Origin: Bacillota bacterium
GTDB lineage: Bacteria; Bacillota; Clostridia; Saccharofermentanales; UBA5734
DNA: 32,226 nt
Direction of reading: 5' to 3'
NCBI GenBank assembly: GCA_033549405.1
Contig: JAWSUP010000003.1
Coordinates: 1-32,226 of the forward strand
The notes under the pieces are model-generated. The model saw only the letters and a program-made list of their open reading frames with translations. It made no database searches and was not told the DNA's origin. Each line of letters begins with the position of its first letter. The first letter of the stretch is position 1. The translations under genes were made by a program, and so were the position numbers. Shown in pieces: positions 28,701-32,226 of the stretch.

Positions 28701-29831
28701 ATGAAACACGCGGAAGACATTTTTGGCCAGTTTTTCGACAGGATTATGGAAGAGGAGAAAAACATGCAGACGGCAAACCTGATGGTTGTCGGAAAAACCG
28801 GTGTAGGCAAAAGTACCCTGATCAACAGCGTTTTCCGGGAGGACATCGCTGATACGGGTATCGGCACGCCGGTAACCCAGCATCTGCGGCGAATCACCAA
28901 AAGCGGCGTTCCTCTGACAATCTACGATACAAAAGGCCTTGAGCTGGATAAAGAGATTCAGCAGGCTATCGAAAAAGAGATTCTGAGCGAAATCGACCGG
29001 CTGAACAGATTAAATGACAAGGATAACTTCATTCACATGATCTGGTACTGCATCAACAGTGCATCCAGACGGATTGAGGAATTCGAAATCGAGTGGATTC
29101 GGACGTTTTCTGAGAAAATTCCTGTCATTGTCGTGCTGACACAATCGTTTGGCAAAGACTATAAAACTCTGGAAAAGTTTATCCAGGATTTGAACCTGCC
29201 GGTAAAGGGTGTGCGGTCGGTTTTGGCGCGCGATCTGGAGATCAGCGATGAATTTGTCCTGCCGGCCTTCGGCCTGATGGAACTGGTCGATATGACCTTC
29301 GATTGTCTGCCGGATGCGGTTCATGCTGCGTTCATCAACGCACAAAAAGTCAACATCGAAAGGAAACTCGAGTCCGCCAACAGGGCGATCCTTCCTTTTG
29401 TCACGGCTGCTTTTGCAGAGGGGTTCAATCCGCTCCTCTTTGCAGATGCTGCACTGCTGGTGCCAACCCAGTTGGGCATGCTCGCCAGACTGACGGTTTT
29501 GTTTGGTATTCCGATCAACAAATCTTTCTTAACGGCTCTTTTGTCAGGTGTTCTGGGTACTGGCGGCGCCACAGCGATCGGTCGAACCATTGTCGCCAAC
29601 ATTTTCAAGTTTGTGCCCGGCGTCGGAACACTGGCCGGCGGCGCTATCAGCGGGACAACCGCCGCCATCATTACGGCTGCCCTTGGTTTGTCCTACAACC
29701 AGGTCATGGTTACTGCTGCCCGGAAAATATATGCGGGTAAGGTCGTCACCGAAAAAGAGATGATCGAACTGATGAAGCAATCGTTTGGCGACCAGCTGAA
29801 AAAGGGCAAGAATATACTGAAAGATGATTGA
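28701..29831 (+). CDS. GTPase (MMR_HSR1/Era-like G domain) with C-terminal DUF697-like membrane region
   Basis: GKTGVGKS, G.PVT, DTKG, IHMIWYC, LTQ; NPL..ADA.LL.P.Q..M and G/A-rich helices; GAGAGG RBS before ATG 28701. Confidence 0.85.
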   Translation: MKHAEDIFGQFFDRIMEEEKNMQTANLMVVGKTGVGKSTLINSVFREDIADTGIGTPVTQHLRRITKSGVPLTIYDTKGLELDKEIQQAIEKEILSEIDRLNRLNDKDNFIHMIWYCINSASRRIEEFEIEWIRTFSEKIPVIVVLTQSFGKDYKTLEKFIQDLNLPVKGVRSVLARDLEISDEFVLPAFGLMELVDMTFDCLPDAVHAAFINAQKVNIERKLESANRAILPFVTAAFAEGFNPLLFADAALLVPTQLGMLARLTVLFGIPINKSFLTALLSGVLGTGGATAIGRTIVANIFKFVPGVGTLAGGAISGTTAAIITAALGLSYNQVMVTAARKIYAGKVVTEKEMIELMKQSFGDQLKKGKNILKDD

Positions 29832-29893
29832 CTCGCTTACACGCATGAGATCAAGGGTCGGAAGGCTGCAATATCAATATCTTAAATTAGGAA

Positions 29894-30180
29894 ATCGGGT
29901 AGGGCCCCTGCCGTTAATCAGTCGGGGGACCTTCCACACCACCATGCATACCGTTCGGTACGTTGCGGTTCCAAAACTTTACACATTCCTTTACAGAAAA
30001 CAACCAGCTAAAGTCAGATATCCTGCTTTCTTCAACAGCTCGTTTGGGATAGCTCTTGTAAGAATCCAGCTCCCGGCAACATGCCAGTAGCCGAGTCTCG
30101 AATTAGCCCATTCCTATGCTTTTTGCTCCGTTATTTATGCATTCTTTAGGTTCGCGTCTTGACCGCAAGCGCAACCTTCT
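29894..30180 (-). mobile_element. 5'-truncated, decayed group IIC intron remnant (maturase C-terminus, domains V and VI)
   Basis: Minus-strand peptide ..EQKA*EWANSRLGYWHVAGSWILTRAIPNELLKKAGYLTL; DV GAACCGCAACGTACCGAACGGTATGCATGGTGGT; DVI hairpin ending CCTACCCGAT. Confidence 0.88.
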
Positions 30181-30364
30181 GGTCAAGATGCTGGACCGGA
30201 TCTTCTTGAACCCAGCAGCTAAGATCAAAAACGTCCCGGCACCGGCTGAAGCGAAGCAGTCCAATTCGGGGGTGGCTCAATTCAAACGGCTGCGCGATGA
30301 GCGGCTGGCTCGAGAGCAGAGCAACCAGATGGAAGATCTGCTGCGGCGCGGGCGGCCTGAATGA
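30180..30364 (+). pseudogene. Possible orphan 3' fragment of a gene, ending just before the hairpin repeat
   Basis: GC-rich open frame (..AQFKRLRDERLAREQSNQMEDLLRRGRPE*) whose upstream part is intron-derived DNA; no family recognised. Confidence 0.3.
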
Positions 30365-30365
30365 T

Positions 30366-30412
30366 AACGAGGGGATCTGTACCAGAGCGGTATGGATCCC
30401 CTGCTCTGGTTT
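30366..30412 (+). repeat. Hairpin repeat copy 1 (terminator-like or possible recombination site)
   Basis: AGGGGATCTGTACC-AGAGC-GGTATGGATCCCCT, 14-bp stem with two G-T pairs; repeated at 32086. Confidence 0.88.
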
Positions 30413-30540
30413 CTCGAAACATTTTATTAATATACTTACTATATAAAAAACAATGTAATTTAGACAATTATTTAAGTATTACATCCCAAAATGCAGTATA
30501 CTAATATCAGATTTGATTTTTTTCAGGGGGGGTACCAAAC

Positions 30541-31494
30541 ATGAAGCGGCTTCTTTTCATATTATGTCTTATTGCTTTGCTTTCAATGACAACATCATGT
30601 TTTATGCCTATTAATACAAACAGCGGCGCAACGGTTAATAACGATAAAAGTTCCGGCGTAACAACCAAAACCGAATCAAATTCAAACCAGACAACATCTA
30701 CAAATAAGGTTACGACCACTAATACAACCTCAAAGCAAGAATCTGAGGCAAGCGTTGAAGAACAAATACTTATTGATCAGGATGGTATTGTAATAAAACT
30801 AAAATCACTTTCATCTGACCCCTTTTGGGGACCTTCGTTAAAGTTGCTTATTGAGAACAACCGGAAGAACTCTGTTATGATACAAACTCGAAACTCGACT
30901 GTAAATGGTGTTATGATGGAAGCAATGTTTTCGTGCGATATTGCTCCAAATAAAAAGGCGAATGAAGAGATTGTGTTTATGTCATCTGATCTTGAGGTTG
31001 CAAATATTGAGGTAATTAGGGAGATCGAGTTTTATTTTACGGTTTCTGATGCAAGTTCTTGGGAAGACATATTTGACTCTGATACTATTTATATTAAAAC
31101 ATCAGCGTTTGATACACATGTTCAAACATATGATGACAGTGGTTTTATTGCTCTTGATCAGCGTGATATCAAGTTAGTAATAAAACGATTGGATAGTGAA
31201 GATAGTTTTTGGGGTGCTGAGATTTATGTGTATCTAGAAAACAATAGCAAGCAAAACATTACTGTACAAATTGAAGACTGCTCAATTAACGGATTCATGA
31301 TCGATCCAATGTTTTCGTGCGATGTTTTGGCTGGGAAGAAAGCCTTTGACACTATAACATTAATGGAATCTGATTTAGAAGAAAACGAAATCGAAAGCAT
31401 CGATGAGATCGAATTATATTTTAATGTTTTTAACGCTGACACATGGGATGATATTTTCCAATCTGATATTGTTAAAATATCATTCAGCGAATAG
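30541..31494 (+). CDS. Hypothetical acidic lipoprotein with an S/T-rich linker and two tandem homologous domains
   Basis: Signal peptide ending TTSC; FWG..ENN..NG..MFSCD..KKA..SDLE..W.DIF.SD occurs twice; AT-rich. Confidence 0.85.
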   Translation: MKRLLFILCLIALLSMTTSCFMPINTNSGATVNNDKSSGVTTKTESNSNQTTSTNKVTTTNTTSKQESEASVEEQILIDQDGIVIKLKSLSSDPFWGPSLKLLIENNRKNSVMIQTRNSTVNGVMMEAMFSCDIAPNKKANEEIVFMSSDLEVANIEVIREIEFYFTVSDASSWEDIFDSDTIYIKTSAFDTHVQTYDDSGFIALDQRDIKLVIKRLDSEDSFWGAEIYVYLENNSKQNITVQIEDCSINGFMIDPMFSCDVLAGKKAFDTITLMESDLEENEIESIDEIELYFNVFNADTWDDIFQSDIVKISFSE

Positions 31495-31508
31495 GAGACA
31501 TAATTATT

Positions 31509-32078
31509 ATGTATTGCTCTAATTGCGGAACGAAATTTGAAGGTAAATTTTGTCCTGAATGTGGAACTCCAGCGGTGACTCAATCTTCAGGTTCACAGGA
31601 TGTTATTTACCAGCAACCTGCCCAACAGCAAATAAATCACCAACAGCCAATTCCGCTTCAACCCCTATACCTATCAATAAATCAAAACATTGTGCCGACA
31701 GCGCCACCAAAGCAAACAGGTATTAGTGTAACTAAAACAATAATTGGTATTATTTGCCTGATTATTTTTATTATAATTTTCTTGCAGTCTTGTGCCGTCG
31801 GGTGTGTTAATCTATTTGAAGAAAACACAGAAGATACAACTGCTGGTGTTGGTTTATTTGTCGCATTTTTCTATCTTGTTATTGGAATTGTGTCTACAGC
31901 TGGGCGGAGCAACCGCGGAGCGTCTTTGGCAGTTTCTATTATCAGTGCTATTACAGCTATTATTGGATTCAGTACATCGGGAACCTACGTTGATTTAATT
32001 GTATGGTCAAGCCTTTCAGTAATACTGGCAGTATTATACTTAATCTTTTTCATATTTCAGAAATCAGCCAACAGATAA
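31509..32078 (+). CDS. Zinc-ribbon-domain membrane protein
   Basis: MYCSNCG..GKFCPECG, Q/P-rich linker, about 4 TM helices; AGGAG RBS overlapping the upstream stop. Confidence 0.85.
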   Translation: MYCSNCGTKFEGKFCPECGTPAVTQSSGSQDVIYQQPAQQQINHQQPIPLQPLYLSINQNIVPTAPPKQTGISVTKTIIGIICLIIFIIIFLQSCAVGCVNLFEENTEDTTAGVGLFVAFFYLVIGIVSTAGRSNRGASLAVSIISAITAIIGFSTSGTYVDLIVWSSLSVILAVLYLIFFIFQKSANR

Positions 32079-32085
32079 TCTACTC

Positions 32086-32134
32086 AACAAGGGAAATCTG
32101 TACCAAAGCGGTATGGATCCCCTGCTTTTGATTT
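32086..32134 (+). repeat. Hairpin repeat copy 2
   Basis: aacaagggaaatctgtaccaaagcggtatggatcccctgcttttgattt. Confidence 0.88.
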
Positions 32135-32226
32135 ACTGATATAATACTTAGCAACATGAGCCTAATTCATTAGGTGATAGTATAGATAAGGATTGATTAG
32201 GATATGCCTATGCGCTATACTGATTG

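Noticed and set aside
29824-30090. 88-aa + strand ORF
   Set aside because: Antisense to the intron remnant; no independent coding evidence.
30238-30242. GTGCC on the minus strand as the intron 5' end
   Set aside because: It does not match GUGYG and no domain I sequence is recognisable after it.
7906-31494. Genome-wide TAG reassignment
   Set aside because: TAG ends rpsR, the 28090 gene and the 30541 lipoprotein at plausible positions, and prfA is intact.
30366-32134. Canonical integron attC sites or CRISPR repeats
   Set aside because: No R-box consensus and no integrase visible; the spacing is far too long for CRISPR.

Overview
Bacterial chromosomal window, most consistent with a moderately GC-rich Clostridia/Firmicutes genome (inferred from gene order and protein style). 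Bases 1-25,000 are mostly housekeeping: murC on +; then on the minus strand, in transcription order, mreB-like, rho, rpmE, DUF1385, prmC, DUF951, DUF1836, prfA, sua5, LMW phosphatase, rpsF-ssb-rpsR, rplI-dnaB-tilS-hpt-ftsH; then on + a TraX-family gene, leuS, a membrane protein, an E2-like acyltransferase and DUF1858. An accessory stretch follows (methyltransferase, EamA transporter, serpin lipoprotein, GTPase). It ends in a decayed group IIC intron 3' remnant and an AT-rich two-gene module bracketed by two copies of a ~45-bp hairpin repeat. Main oddities: (1) the hairpin-delimited, cassette-like module beside the intron remnant; (2) a ~180-nt structured leader with a 20-bp direct repeat, alternative stems and a Leu-rich uORF upstream of traX-like/leuS, which has no T-box; (3) Sua5 lacking about 10 residues of its PTETVYGL motif; (4) an in-frame TAG in the EamA gene; (5) an 834-aa Rho with low-complexity extensions at both ends. 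All family calls come from recognising motifs by eye; no database searches were run.
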